DNA from: an uncultured delta proteobacterium
GTDB lineage: Bacteria; Desulfobacterota; BSN033; UBA1163
NCBI GenBank assembly: GCA_963708295.1
Contig: CAVPSJ010000015.1
Span: 192,001-256,000 of the forward strand
Length of the DNA: 64,000 nucleotides
Reading direction: 5' to 3'
Shown here: one piece after another, positions 18,409 to 30,110 of the stretch
How the letters are laid out: each line of letters opens with the position of its first letter
Position numbering within the stretch: position 1 is the first letter of the stretch
Notes under the pieces: model-generated
Told to the model about the DNA's origin: nothing
Databases searched by the model: none
What the model saw: the letters and a program-made list of their open reading frames with translations, nothing else
Program-made: the position numbers and the translations under genes

Positions 18409-20284
18409 ATGTGCGGCATCTGCGGAATCTACAATTTCAAGACTAAAGAGCCGGTTCGTTCCACTCAGCTCAAAGACATGGCAGATACGATGGTCCACCG
18501 CGGACCGGATGACGAAGGCTTCTATATTTCGGGAGAAACGGGTCTCGGACATCGGAGGCTCTCTATCATTGATCTTGGAGGCGGGCATCAACCCATGTCC
18601 AATGAGGATGGGACCGTATGGGTCGTTTTTAATGGGGAAATTTATAATTTTACAGAGTTGTATGATGTCCTGGTAGGAAAAGGGCACATCTTTAAAACCC
18701 GGTCTGATACGGAAGTCATTATTCATCTGTACGAAGAAAAGGGTGAAGAGTGTTTTCAATATTTTCGTGGAATGTTTGCGATGGCCATCTGGGATGAGAA
18801 GCATAAAAAGCTTCTTCTCGCTCGCGATAGGGTTGGTAAGAAGCCGCTTTTCTACTTCTATGATGGAGATCGCATTGTCTTTGCCTCAGAATTAAAGGCG
18901 ATTCTAAAAGCACCGGATATTCCAAGAGAGATTGATCTTGAAGCCCTTTCGGATTACTTTTCTTTCTTTTACATTCCAGTGCCAAAATCCATCTACAAAA
19001 AGATCCGTAAGATTCGTCCTGGCCATTATGCTCTTATTGATGATAATGGAATTCGAGAATCGGAATACTGGGATATTAGCTTCGCTCATCCCGTTGAACT
19101 TTCCGAAGAGAAATGGTGTGAAAAGCTCCTTGAGGTTTATCAGGAGGCGGTTCGAATTCGTTTGAGTGAGTGACGTGCCTCTCGGAACTTTTCTCTCCGG
19201 AGGCGTGGATTCCTCATCGGTGGTTGCATTAATGAGCCAGATAAAGAAGGAACCTGTTCAGACCTCCTCCATTGGTTTTGATGAACAAGAGTTCAATGAG
19301 CTTATTTACGCAAGGGAGGTATCGTCTCTATTTAACACCGATCATCACGAAAGGATTGTGCGACCTGATGCAGTAGGAATTGTCGAGAAACTTGCCTGGC
19401 ATTATGATGAACCTTTTGCGGATTCTTCAGCGGTCCCCACCTACTATGTCTCGAAGGTTGCCCGCGAAAAGGTCACCGTCGCACTGTCTGGAGACGGAGG
19501 CGATGAGAATTTCGCAGGCTACCGGCGTTATTATTTTGATCGTCAAGAAAATAAATTGCGGTCCTTCTTACCATTGGGTATTCGGCGACCAATTTTCGGC
19601 ACATTAGCATCCCTTTATCCAAAGGCAGATTGGGCGCCAAGGATCTTTCGCGCGAAATCAACCTTCGAGTCTCTTTCGTGTTCACCCCTTGAGGGATATT
19701 TTCGATCGGTTTCGGTCTTTCGTCCCGAACAAAAGCAGAAATTACTGCATCCGGATGTTCATAAAGCATTAGCCGGGTATAATTCTTCGGATGTATTTAA
19801 ATTTTACTATGACAAGGCTGATACCGATGATCCGCTATCTCGCATTCAGTACCTGGATATCAAGACCTATCTTACGGATGATATCCTTGCAAAAGTGGAT
19901 CGGGCAAGCATGGCTAACTCATTGGAAGTTCGTGCACCTATTCTCGATCACAAATTCATGGAGCTCGCTGCTACGATTCCGTCTTCGCTTAAACTTCAGG
20001 GAAGAAATGGCAAGTACATTTTCAAAAAAACCCTTGAAGGAGTTCTTCCGAAGGAAATTTTATATCGAAACAAGATGGGATTCGGCGTGCCATTGGCACG
20101 GTGGTTCCGTAAAGAATTAAAAGACTTGGCCTACGAGACTATTTTCAATAATACCCGTGATGACTTTTTTCAAAAATCTACGATCGAACAGATTTGGAAG
20201 CAACATCAAAGTGGGCTCCGTGACCGTTCAACACCCTTGTGGACTCTTTTTATGTTTCGACTATGGCAAAGGATTTTTTCGTAA
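18409..20284 (+). CDS. asnB: Asparagine synthase (glutamine-hydrolysing)-like amidotransferase, XrtA-system type; frameshift ~19165
   Basis: MCGICG, HRGPD, HRRLSIID, FNGEIYN, LSGGVDSS, EPFADSS, SGDGGDE, KVDRASM. Confidence 0.92.
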
Positions 20285-20366
20285 GTACGAGACGATGGAA
20301 TGAGGGAATATTTTGAATGTTGTTTAGATATTTATTCTTATAACGCTTTGCGCGATGCTCAGGGTC

Positions 20367-21563
20367 ATGAAAGTACTTACCTTTACTACGTTATATCCTA
20401 ACAATATCTGGCCAAATAACGGTGTTTTCATTCAGGAACGAATGACTCATTTCGCCAGGTTGAACGGATGCAAAGTCATAGTGGTTGCGCCTGTTCCTTA
20501 TTTTCCGCCGATTAACCTCAGTCACAGATGGCTATTCTCTCAGGTAACGCAACAAGAAATTATAGAAGGGCTTGAAGTGTATCATCCTCGGTACTTTATG
20601 ACGCCTAAGGTGGGAATGGTTTTTTACGGTTTGATGATGTTTCTGTCGGCGCTTCCTGTTTTGAAAAAGATCCAGATGGATTTTGATTTAATAGACGCGC
20701 ATTATGTCTATCCGGACGGATTTGCGGCGACTTTATTGGGCAAGTTTTTCAAGAAGCCTGTGGTGGTGTCAGCAAGGGGCAGCGATATTAATCTCTATGG
20801 AGAATTTCCGATCATCCGAAGATTCCTTAGGCACACTCTTTTAAAGGCAAATAGGGTAGTAGCTGTATGCGAGGCTCTGAAAAGAGGAATCATCCAGTTA
20901 GGAGTGCCAGAAGAAAAAGTGTCAGTTATTCCGAATGGAGTGGATAGTTACAAATTTTTCCCGACTCCGAGAGAAGAAGTTCGAAGAAGGTTAAAACTCC
21001 CGGACAAGAAGATTATTCTTTCAGCTGGGCATCTGACACCCAATAAAGGATTTGATTATCTAATCAAGGCACTCAAAATCCTCCGAACAGACTTTGACGA
21101 GAAAAGTATCTATCTGGTAATCGTGGGGGAAGGAAAGTTTCGGAAAGAGCTCGAAAAAATTATTTCTATGCTTAATCTTGGGGAACACGTAAGATTAGCA
21201 GGTATCATCCCTCATAAGGAAATGGGTGATTGGTATAGCGCGGCGGATCTCTTCTGCCTCGCAAGTGGTCAAGAAGGCTGGCCGAATGTAATTCTTGAAT
21301 CCTTAGCCTGTGGAACACCAGTGGTCGCAACTTCTGCCGGAGGCATTCCTGAGATTATTAGCTCTAACGGGGTCGGAATCTTAGCTGAAAGGACGGAACA
21401 GGATATTGCCGGAAAGATTTCTATTGCGTTGAAACAATCATGGAATCGGGAAGAAATTGTGAAATTCGCCGAAAAATATACTTGGAATCAAGTTGCCCTG
21501 CGCGTTTACGATGTTTTCAAATCGGTATTGAATAAGAAATATTCCAGCTCATCCACGCATTAA
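20367..21563 (+). CDS. GT4 glycosyltransferase
   Basis: DAHYVYPDG, ARGSDIN, EGWPNVILESLACGTPVV. Confidence 0.9.
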   Translation: MKVLTFTTLYPNNIWPNNGVFIQERMTHFARLNGCKVIVVAPVPYFPPINLSHRWLFSQVTQQEIIEGLEVYHPRYFMTPKVGMVFYGLMMFLSALPVLKKIQMDFDLIDAHYVYPDGFAATLLGKFFKKPVVVSARGSDINLYGEFPIIRRFLRHTLLKANRVVAVCEALKRGIIQLGVPEEKVSVIPNGVDSYKFFPTPREEVRRRLKLPDKKIILSAGHLTPNKGFDYLIKALKILRTDFDEKSIYLVIVGEGKFRKELEKIISMLNLGEHVRLAGIIPHKEMGDWYSAADLFCLASGQEGWPNVILESLACGTPVVATSAGGIPEIISSNGVGILAERTEQDIAGKISIALKQSWNREEIVKFAEKYTWNQVALRVYDVFKSVLNKKYSSSSTH

Positions 21564-21592
21564 CTCATTCACATTTATAGGTCCATTCACCC

Positions 21593-22966
21593 ATGAAACT
21601 AATGCTCGTTGCCGGTGCTCGCCCCAACTTTATGAAAATCGCCTCCATCATCGATGCGATAAGAGAGCGCAACGATTCAATTGAAAACTCAAAACTCAAA
21701 ATTCAACATTTATTAGTGCATACCGGTCAGCATTACGATGATTCAATGTCAGAAGCTTTTTTCAGAGACTTAAATTTGCCTAAGCCGGATATTTACTTAG
21801 AAGTAGGGTCCGGGACCCATGCTGCCCAGACTGCCGAAATTATGAAGCGTTTTGAGCCAGTGCTGTTGGAGCATCAACCCGATGTTGTTATCGTCGTGGG
21901 TGATGTCAACTCAACCGTCGGTTGCGCCCTCGTCGCCTCTAAAATTACCTATCCAACATCCGGCAGCCGGAAACGAGCAACAAGCAACCGGAATCGACCT
22001 TTGGTCGCCCACGTTGAAGCCGGACTTCGATCTTTTGATCGCACCATGCCCGAGGAAATCAATCGACTTCTAACGGATGCCGTCTCAGATTTCCTTTTTA
22101 CGACTGAAGAAAGTGCCAATGAGAATTTAAGGCGTGAAGGTGTTCCTAAAGATAGGGTTTTCTTTGTCGGAAATACCATGATCGATACGCTCCTTAAACA
22201 CAAGGAAATGGCACAGAAATCGACTATTCTTAATAAGCTTGGCCTTTCAACCAGGAACCAGCAACCAGCGACCGGCAACCGGATACTTCCTTACGCTGTC
22301 CTCACCCTCCACCGTCCATCAAATGTTGACAATAAGGAGACGTTCCGGAATATATTGGAAGCTTTGAAGGAAGTAGCCAAAGATCTTCCTGTTATCTTCC
22401 CGGCCCATCCTCGAACATTAAACCGCATCAGGGAATTCGGCCTTGAAAACTATTTTCATTTTCCGTCTCAGCCTTTAACCCTCAGTTCACAGTCCAAAGC
22501 TGTGCGACCTAATTCCACCAAGCTTCAGCCTCAGAGCTCCAAGGGTGTTGGCTCACTTGCCTCCAACCTTCAACCTCTAGCCTGCGGTCTCCACTGCGTG
22601 GAGCCGCTTGGTTATCTCGATTTTCTCTGCCTGATGTCAAATTCAAAGCTTGTTTTAACTGATTCCGGTGGGATGCAAGAGGAAACCACGGTATTAGGCA
22701 TTCCTTGTATTACCTTAAGGGAGAATACGGAGCGCCCGGTGACCATCGCTTTCGGCACGAATACCCTTGCCGGAATTCAAAAAGACCAAATTATCAGCGC
22801 AGCTCTCTCGGCATTAAGGAAATATGATTCTATATCATCCAATACCGTGTTTAACACTCAGCACTCAACACTCGGCACTCAACACTCATTGTGTCCTCCT
22901 CTATGGGATGGAAAAGCAGGTCAACGAATTGTTAGTATTTTAGTCGATAGTCTATTAGATTCTTAG
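21593..22966 (+). CDS. wecB: UDP-N-acetylglucosamine 2-epimerase (non-hydrolysing) with five repeat-derived insertions
   Basis: GARPNFMK, HTGQHYD, GDVNST, HVEAGLRSFDR.MPEEINR, HRPSNVD, TDSGGMQEE, RENTERP, WDGKAG.RI. Confidence 0.95.
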   Translation: MKLMLVAGARPNFMKIASIIDAIRERNDSIENSKLKIQHLLVHTGQHYDDSMSEAFFRDLNLPKPDIYLEVGSGTHAAQTAEIMKRFEPVLLEHQPDVVIVVGDVNSTVGCALVASKITYPTSGSRKRATSNRNRPLVAHVEAGLRSFDRTMPEEINRLLTDAVSDFLFTTEESANENLRREGVPKDRVFFVGNTMIDTLLKHKEMAQKSTILNKLGLSTRNQQPATGNRILPYAVLTLHRPSNVDNKETFRNILEALKEVAKDLPVIFPAHPRTLNRIREFGLENYFHFPSQPLTLSSQSKAVRPNSTKLQPQSSKGVGSLASNLQPLACGLHCVEPLGYLDFLCLMSNSKLVLTDSGGMQEETTVLGIPCITLRENTERPVTIAFGTNTLAGIQKDQIISAALSALRKYDSISSNTVFNTQHSTLGTQHSLCPPLWDGKAGQRIVSILVDSLLDS

Positions 22967-23058
22967 TCAAGCAACTAACAACCAGCAACTAGCGACGGGC
23001 CGCCAGCATCCAGAAACTGGCAACCAGTAACTAGCATCCAGCAACCAGCAACCAAAAA
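22967..23058. repeat. Family E C/A-rich tract directly before the next ATG
   Basis: CCAGCAACTAGCGAC...CCAGCATCCAGAAACTGGCAACCAGTAACTAGCATCCAGCAACCAGCAACC. Confidence 0.88.
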
Positions 23059-24291
23059 ATGAAAATCCTTCATATTCTTGATCATAGTTTACCTCTCCAG
23101 AGTGGATATTCATTTCGAAGCCAGAATATTTTTAAAGCCCAACGCAAGAGAGGATGGGAGCCGGTTATCGTCACTTCTCCAAAACATGAAGAAAGCTGGC
23201 AAGGTCATTCTGAACGAGAGGAAATGATAGACGGATTTCGTTATTACCGGACTGGAACCGTTTCCCATGGTAGTTTTCCTATTGCCAATGAAGTTCATTT
23301 AATGAGGACTTTAACGAAACGTATTGAGGAAGTCATCAAAATAGAAAAACCGGATGTTTTGCATGCGCACTCGCCCATCCTGAACGGAATTCCCGCTCTT
23401 TGGGCAGGACATAAATTGGGTATTCCTGTGGTCTACGAGATAAGGGCCTTTTGGGAAGACGCAGCCGTGGATCACGGCACTTACAGTCAAAATTCGTGGA
23501 AATACAAACTTGTGAAAACTTTGGAAAAATGGGTCTGTCTTAAAGCTAAAAGTGTTGCAGTACTTTGTGAAGGATTGAAAGAAGATCTGATAAGAAGAGG
23601 AATCCCCTCCGAAAAACTCACAGTGGTTTTCAATGGAGTCAATGTGGAGGATTTTAATTCTTGTGAACCTGACCAAGAGTATAGAAAGGCCTGGGGGCTT
23701 TCAGGGAAAAAAGTTATTGGGTTTGTTGGGTCTTTCTATCGCTATGAGGGACTGGACCTGCTTCTTGATGCGTTCGCCAAACTTGCCGAATACGGATCTG
23801 ATTTAGTACTTTTGTTGGTAGGTGGAGGAGAGACGGATAAAGAATTACGGGTCAAAGTGAGGGAATTACGCTTGGAAGGCAGAGTATTAATGCCCGGTCG
23901 TATTCCCCACGAGCGTATACCCGGAGTTTACGCCCTGCTTGATGTCCTGGCTTACCCTCGTTACTCCATGCGCCTTACCGAGCTTGTAACCCCACTCAAA
24001 CCTCTTGAGGCTATGGCTATGGGAAAAGCTTTGGTAGCAAGCGACGTCGGAGGACACCGTGAACTCATTCGGCATGGGCATACGGGGCTTCTCTTTCCCG
24101 CAGGAAATGTTTCATCCTTAACCGATACACTAAAATGTCTTATAGAGGATGGGCGATTGCGACAGGATCTTGAGAGGCAAGGATTAGCTTGGGTTCAACA
24201 AGAGCATCATTGGGATAAAACCACGGCTGTTTATGAGGAGTTTTATACCCAAGCCCTAGGGAGAAAAACTTTTCCTGAATTGGTGCACTAA
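23059..24291 (+). CDS. GT4 glycosyltransferase, exosortase A-associated (TIGR04063-like)
   Basis: LDHSLPLQSGY, HAHSP, YEIRAFWEDAAVDHG, RLTELVTPLKPLEAMA. Confidence 0.92.
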   Translation: MKILHILDHSLPLQSGYSFRSQNIFKAQRKRGWEPVIVTSPKHEESWQGHSEREEMIDGFRYYRTGTVSHGSFPIANEVHLMRTLTKRIEEVIKIEKPDVLHAHSPILNGIPALWAGHKLGIPVVYEIRAFWEDAAVDHGTYSQNSWKYKLVKTLEKWVCLKAKSVAVLCEGLKEDLIRRGIPSEKLTVVFNGVNVEDFNSCEPDQEYRKAWGLSGKKVIGFVGSFYRYEGLDLLLDAFAKLAEYGSDLVLLLVGGGETDKELRVKVRELRLEGRVLMPGRIPHERIPGVYALLDVLAYPRYSMRLTELVTPLKPLEAMAMGKALVASDVGGHRELIRHGHTGLLFPAGNVSSLTDTLKCLIEDGRLRQDLERQGLAWVQQEHHWDKTTAVYEEFYTQALGRKTFPELVH

Positions 24292-24292
24292 A

Positions 24293-26118
24293 TTGGGAAA
24301 CTTTCTGGTCATCAGTTCGGAGAAAAAAGTTAACGATGAGGCCACCGGGCTCTTTCGTTCCGGGTTGGAGTTTGCTAAATATATCAAATCTCAGGTGCCA
24401 AGCAGGATGATAGAGATAGATTGGGCGCATGCCGCATCATTCCCCCGCCAGAATGGTTCTGGCACACCCATTGTCACCGACCAAACAACAGGAAGCTGGC
24501 TAGTCGCAATTGGAACCTGGTTTCACACCGAAGGCTACGGAGCTGGTGAGGAATCTCAGGCCCTGAACCGATACCTTGAAGTGGGCGCGAATCGACTCGC
24601 TCGGGAACTGGAGGGTTTTTTTGTCTTCGTCATTGGAGATGCAAGGACCCGCGAAACAATTGTCCTTACAGATCTCATAGGCAGTTGTCACTGTTTTGTC
24701 AGGTTGTGGAAAAATATGGTTGCTTTGTCCGGTTCTTCGCTGCTTCTGGCAGGCCTTGGGGACTTCAACTTGGATCCGGTTGGCTGCCAGGAATTCCTTT
24801 ACACTGGGGTCATCTACGAAGATCGGACCATTTACCGTGAGGTCCGCAAGCTGGGGCCAGCCAGTATTTTCACGATTTTCAGAAGGTGTTCTGAAATCTC
24901 GGCAGCGTTACTGGCAAATAACGGATATTGCCCCGGAATCACTGGATGGTAAACCTGCGGTAAAAGCATTGGCTGAGACACTCGTTCACGCCGCAAAGAG
25001 AGTGGGACACGTCTTCGAGCGTCCCGTTTGCGACTTGACCGGCGGCTACGATTCCAGGGCAGTCGTTGCTGCCTTCAAAATGGCAGAGGTGCCGTTTTCG
25101 ACGACTGTGTCCGGCCCTGTGGAAAGCCTCGATGTAATCGTTTCACGCAAACTGGCTGAGTCTTCTGGGCTTACCAAATTTGCATCTAACGTCGCAAGGG
25201 GACGTGACATTTGAAAAGGCAAAGAAGGCTTTATCATTAACTGATGGAGAATACGATATCGTCGAATATTCCCGCGTCTCAGAAACCCACCAAGCTCTTT
25301 CTGAACACTTTGACATAAGCGTTAACGGCTCGTTTGGTGAGGTTGCGCGTGGCTACTGGTGGGAACTGCTCTTCCCACAGATTGGAAAGCGTCGCAGACT
25401 GGATGCAGAGAAGCTTGCGAGACTACGTTATGCTGCCCAAAGTTTCGAGCCCTCGATATTTCCGCCGGATACGAGGTTAGACCTTATTCCACATTTTGCC
25501 AGTGTCATTGAACAGACCAATGCGGGACTCGCTAACCTTCCTAATACTATGCAAATGGATCATGCTTACCTCATGATGCGAATGCAACGGTGGCAAGGGA
25601 GAATCGCCAGCAGCACGAATCAGATTTGGCCATGTTTCTCATTGTTTATTTTCCGATCCGTGTTAGAAACAATATTGATGGTTAAAGCAAACCTCCGGCG
25701 GCGCAGCCTTCTGATCCGGCGGATGTTGGCGGAGTTCGAACCGAGATTAGCGGAATTTCCGCTTGAACATGGGTTTCCAGCGTTGCCATTAACGTGGAAA
25801 AATTTTTATCGTTTTTGGCCTATCGTCGGATACTACAGGAAGAGAATAATGGCTAAAGCCTTCCAGAAGGCTGGATGGAGACGAGCATCATCGCTGCCCG
25901 CTGCCAGAGCCAATTACCTCCGAGATTTAGATCTTTGGAAAGAGGAAGAAGTTCGAGATCTCTTGGATCCTGGGAAAATGAGGTTGGGTTGCCTGGGGGA
26001 CAAAAAGGCATTGGACAATTTCTTGTCGGATTCGAAGAAGCAAGATTTTAAATTTAATGACCAGTGGACCAGGATGCTGACGCTGGAATACACGCTTCAT
26101 GTCTTAACAGTTTGCTGA
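24293..26118 (+). CDS. Asparagine-synthase-related protein, about 2 frameshifts
   Basis: Ntn-like N-terminal part, CDLTGGYDSR and NGSFGEVARGY motifs across three ORFs. Confidence 0.7.
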
Positions 26119-26232
26119 AAAATGGCCATCTGCTGCGTTTGCCTCATCCTTCGTCGTTGCGGCGTACCGATAAGTACGCCTCACTTCTCAGGATTTCGGG
26201 AGCCTTGCATCTGGCCCTTTTTGAGCAAACTG
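26108..26232. mobile_element. ~125 bp MITE-like element with terminal inverted repeats
   Basis: CAGTTTGCTGAAAAA ... TTTTTGAGCAAACTG (14/15); internal GGCGTAC/GTACGCC hairpin. Confidence 0.7.
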
Positions 26233-26449
26233 GGGAGTATGACTTTTTCAACATACTTTTAGAGGAACTAAAAACGGATACGGAATCTACAAATCACTTG
26301 GTCAAGCAAAGGTCTGTAAGGTGACCATGAAAAATTTGATGGAATGGCAGGAAACTTCTACCGGGACGTGACTGGCTAGGTGAAGTTTTATGAGCAAGTT
26401 AGGGAGAACAAAAAAAGAGCACTTTTAACCAATAGGAGATTAAATCAAT

Positions 26450-27018
26450 ATGAGAAGGTTGATAGGAAAGAGCATAATAATATTGGCAATGATTGTGCTA
26501 TCACTTAGTTCAGGAAAATCTGATGCTCAGGAAGTGACCCCCAGGGATTATTTTGATCCAAGATATAAGGCAGCACTCGCTACAGTAGAGAAGTATCACC
26601 TTACCAAAGAGACTTTTTGGGCGGAATTTGAATCAAAACGGTACCATTACGCCCTTCTCGAGTTAGAGTTTGTTTTGCGTCATTTTCCAAACCATCCAAA
26701 AGCGCTGCAGTTAATGGAATTAGTTGCAAAAATGAGGAAGCAGCCGCATCTGGCCATTCCCTATTATGAAAAAGCAGTCAGATTATTTCCTCAGTATGCT
26801 TTCACCCACGCCCAATACGGGAATTACTTAGTGGACACCGGTCAGGCTGAGAAAGGAATAGAAAGACTGCAGAGGGCAATGAAATAGATCCAAAGTTGCC
26901 AGTAGCTTACTATTGGCTTTGGGATGCGTACACTAAAAATGGCAATGTGGAAATGGCGCGACAGATTGCTGAAAAAGCAAAAGAACTTGGCATCAACGTC
27001 CAGGAGAGGCCAAAGTAG
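26450..27018 (+). CDS. Exported TPR protein, frameshift ~26880
   Basis: Signal peptide, LRHFPNHPKAL, TPR-like helices (YYEKAVRLFP, YGNYL). Confidence 0.75.
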
Positions 27019-27056
27019 CGAAAGGTGAGGCTCCGCGGGGTCGAACGGGTGAATAA

Positions 27057-28945
27057 ATGAGTGGCATTTGCGGTATCGTTCTTAGTGATCGGAACAAACG
27101 GTTGAACCCAGGCGATCTGTCGCCAATGGTTCGAGCATTGGACTTCTCAGGGCAGGGCGAGGGTTTTTCAGTAATCCTGGGATCGGCAGCTATTGGGGCG
27201 CAGAGATTCCCGGGGCGACTGGCTGGGGCCGCTGAGATGGCTTTCAGATGAGAAATCTTTAGCCCTCGCCTTTCACGGGAATCTCTATAATCTGGAGGAA
27301 TTGTTCCCTTTAAAGGAACAAGATCTCAATCCCCTTATCAGGACTTCTTGAACTCTATGTGAAGGAGGGCACTGCGTTCTTACAGCGGCTTCGGGGAGAA
27401 TTTGTCCTTGGCGCTCTGGGATGGGCAAAGAGAGATTCTTTACTTGGCAACCGACCGGTTTCGTGTGCACCCGCTCTTCTATTATCACGACCCAGGAGAA
27501 AGCTGGTCTTTTCTTCCAGAATGAAAGGGATCTTGGCCTGCCCCTTTCCGGTAAGAAGGACGATCAATCCCGAGGCTATTGTGCATCTCGTGGCTTCTTC
27601 GATCATCCCCACGCCCAAGACGATATTTGAAGAAGTAAAAAAAATTCCAGCAGGACATCTTCTGACTTACGGAAGAGGAGAGGTCAGAACGGAGCCTTAT
27701 TGGGAGATCAGCTTTCTTGATCCCAGCAAGGAAAGCGAATCAACGCTTGCCCAAGAATTCAGAAAACACTTGACCGAAGCAATCTCCATTTGCTTACCAG
27801 TGGATAAAACCTCAAACCATATCGGAACATTCTTAAGTGGCGGAGTGGATAGCAGTACAGTGACGGGAATACTCACTCAGGTACTGAAACACCCCATAAA
27901 GGCATTCTCCATCGGTTTTGATGAGCAGAGGTTTAATGAAATCAATTATGCCAGGGTGGCAGCTCGATCCTTCGAATCGGAGCATTATGAGTATTTTGTT
28001 ACGCCCAAGGACACCTTAGATGCGATTCCCATATTAATCGATGCCTTTGACGAGCCATTTGCCAATGCTTCGGCGGTTCCAGCTTACTATTGCGCAAAAA
28101 TGGCGAAAGACCACGGGGTGAATATTCTTTATGCGGGAGATGGAGGAGATGAGCTTTTTGCAGGGAATGAACGGTATGGCACGCAGCATCTCTTTGAATA
28201 CTACCATAAGATTCCTCGATGGGTTCGGGAGCCGCTTGTGGAGCCGATGGTCTTTACACTGGCTGATGGATTGAAGTGGAAATTGTTCATAAAAGGCAAA
28301 AAATATATTCAGAGGGCATGCATTCCCTACCCTGAGCGTATTTGCTCCTACGACTTTTTTAACATCGTGCCGATGGCAGAGTTTCTTGATGACCGCATGC
28401 TTGATGTCGTGGGAAAGGAGTTCAATCCTTACGGAATATTCACTGATTATTATTTTGAGGCGCCCGCAAAAAACAATCTGGACAGACATCTTTACATCGA
28501 CTGGAGGCTGACACTCTCCGACAATGATTTAATTAAGGTTACTCGGATGACAGAAACAGCCGGTATCACAGCACGTTATCCCTTTCTCGACACCCCATTA
28601 GTGGAGTTTTCCGTCAGGGTGCCAGCTCATATTAAAATGCGAGGTACGAAACTTCGGACTTTCCAAAAGAAAGCTTACGCCGATTTGCTTCCTTTAGAAA
28701 TTCGAAGAAAGAAAAAGCATGGATTCGGATTGCCCATACCGGTCTGGTTGAGAACAGATAAAAGGCTTAACGAGATGATGCATGACCTTGTGCTAAGTCC
28801 CGGGAGTATTCAACGAGGTTATTTTAAAAGAAAAGCCCTCGAAAACCTTGTAAAAGAACACAGCGTTGAGGAAACTTCTTTTTACGGGACGATCCTTTGG
28901 AATCTGATGGTCTTGGAGCTGTGGCAGCGCAAGTATCGGCAATAA
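27057..28945 (+). CDS. Asparagine synthase-like amidotransferase (starts MSGICG, lacks the catalytic Cys1), several frameshifts
   Basis: FLSGGVDSS, EPFANAS, AGDGGDELFAG, KKHGFGLP. Confidence 0.85.
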
Positions 28946-28962
28946 GATACGATATCAGAGAA

Positions 28963-30077
28963 ATGTTAGCCATTGAGGAGATCACGTCTGGAGCACAACT
29001 AATGGCCCTTCAAGCCGGTTGGGATACCTTGCTAAAGCAGAGCGGGGAGCATTCCCCATTTTTGACACATGAATGGTTTCGTTGCTGCTTTGCGGCCTAT
29101 TCTCGTGGAAAAGACATATTCATCCTTGCCGTAAGAGATGGGTTCGAATTTAATTGGGATTGTTCCATTGTGGCGACAGCAGGATGTTTTCCGTAGGATC
29201 CCGATAAGAAAAATCGGATTTATGACCTGTCCTGACACTCAGGTCGTCAGACTTCATTGTTGAAGACAGCAGACGTTCAGAGGTTCTGATGGCTTTTCTC
29301 GACTACATGTTTCAAAAGAGAAAAGGCGCGTGGGATATGTTGACTCTTGAACAATGGCCAGTCGAATCAATCAACTTTAAGACCTTACAGGCAATCCTTC
29401 AGGGACAAAGAAGAAAATTCTTTACGGGCATTTGGTCTGTGACCCCGTACATCCGGATAAAGGGAGAGTGGGAGCCTTTTTTGCAGAGTCTTTCTGTTCG
29501 CTTCAGAAAGACTCGCCGGAATATCACCAACCGCATCGCGAAACTGAACAAAGTTGAGATTCAATGCTCCCGTGAGGATCCGACCGGATCAGTCTTTAAG
29601 GATGTCGTTGCTGTGTCCGGAAAAAGCTGGAAGCAGGAAGAGGGCATTGCAATCACGAGCCGAGAAGAAACAAACCGGTTTTTTGCGGCGTTGACCGACG
29701 CTGCAGGCCCTAATGGTTTACTGCTGATCTGGATCTTGAAAGTGGACGGAACTCCGATCGCCATGGAGTATGATCTGGAGGCCGATGGAAAGGTGTACGC
29801 CCTGAGGGCAGACTTTGACGAGGCTTACAAAGAATACTCCCCGGGTGCTTATCTAGAATACCAAATTGTAAAAAGCCTGTTTGAGGAGGGATATCAGGAA
29901 TATAATAGTGGCCCTGGCCTCAACGCCTATAAACTTCAGTGGACCGATCAGTTTCGGGAAAATAAGGCGTTGCATATATGCAATGACAACCTCAAGGGGT
30001 GGATCATTTGGGGGTTGCAAAATAAATTGATCCCTTTCTTGCGGCGGATAAGAAACCTAAGTATGCGAACCAGCTGA
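28963..30077 (+). CDS. GNAT-family (CelD/BcsL-like) acyltransferase, frameshifted
   Basis: PFLTHEW, SPGAYL, YKLQWT. Confidence 0.75.
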
Positions 30078-30110
30078 AATAAATCAAGTCCGGAACCTGG
30101 CTGGCACTTT

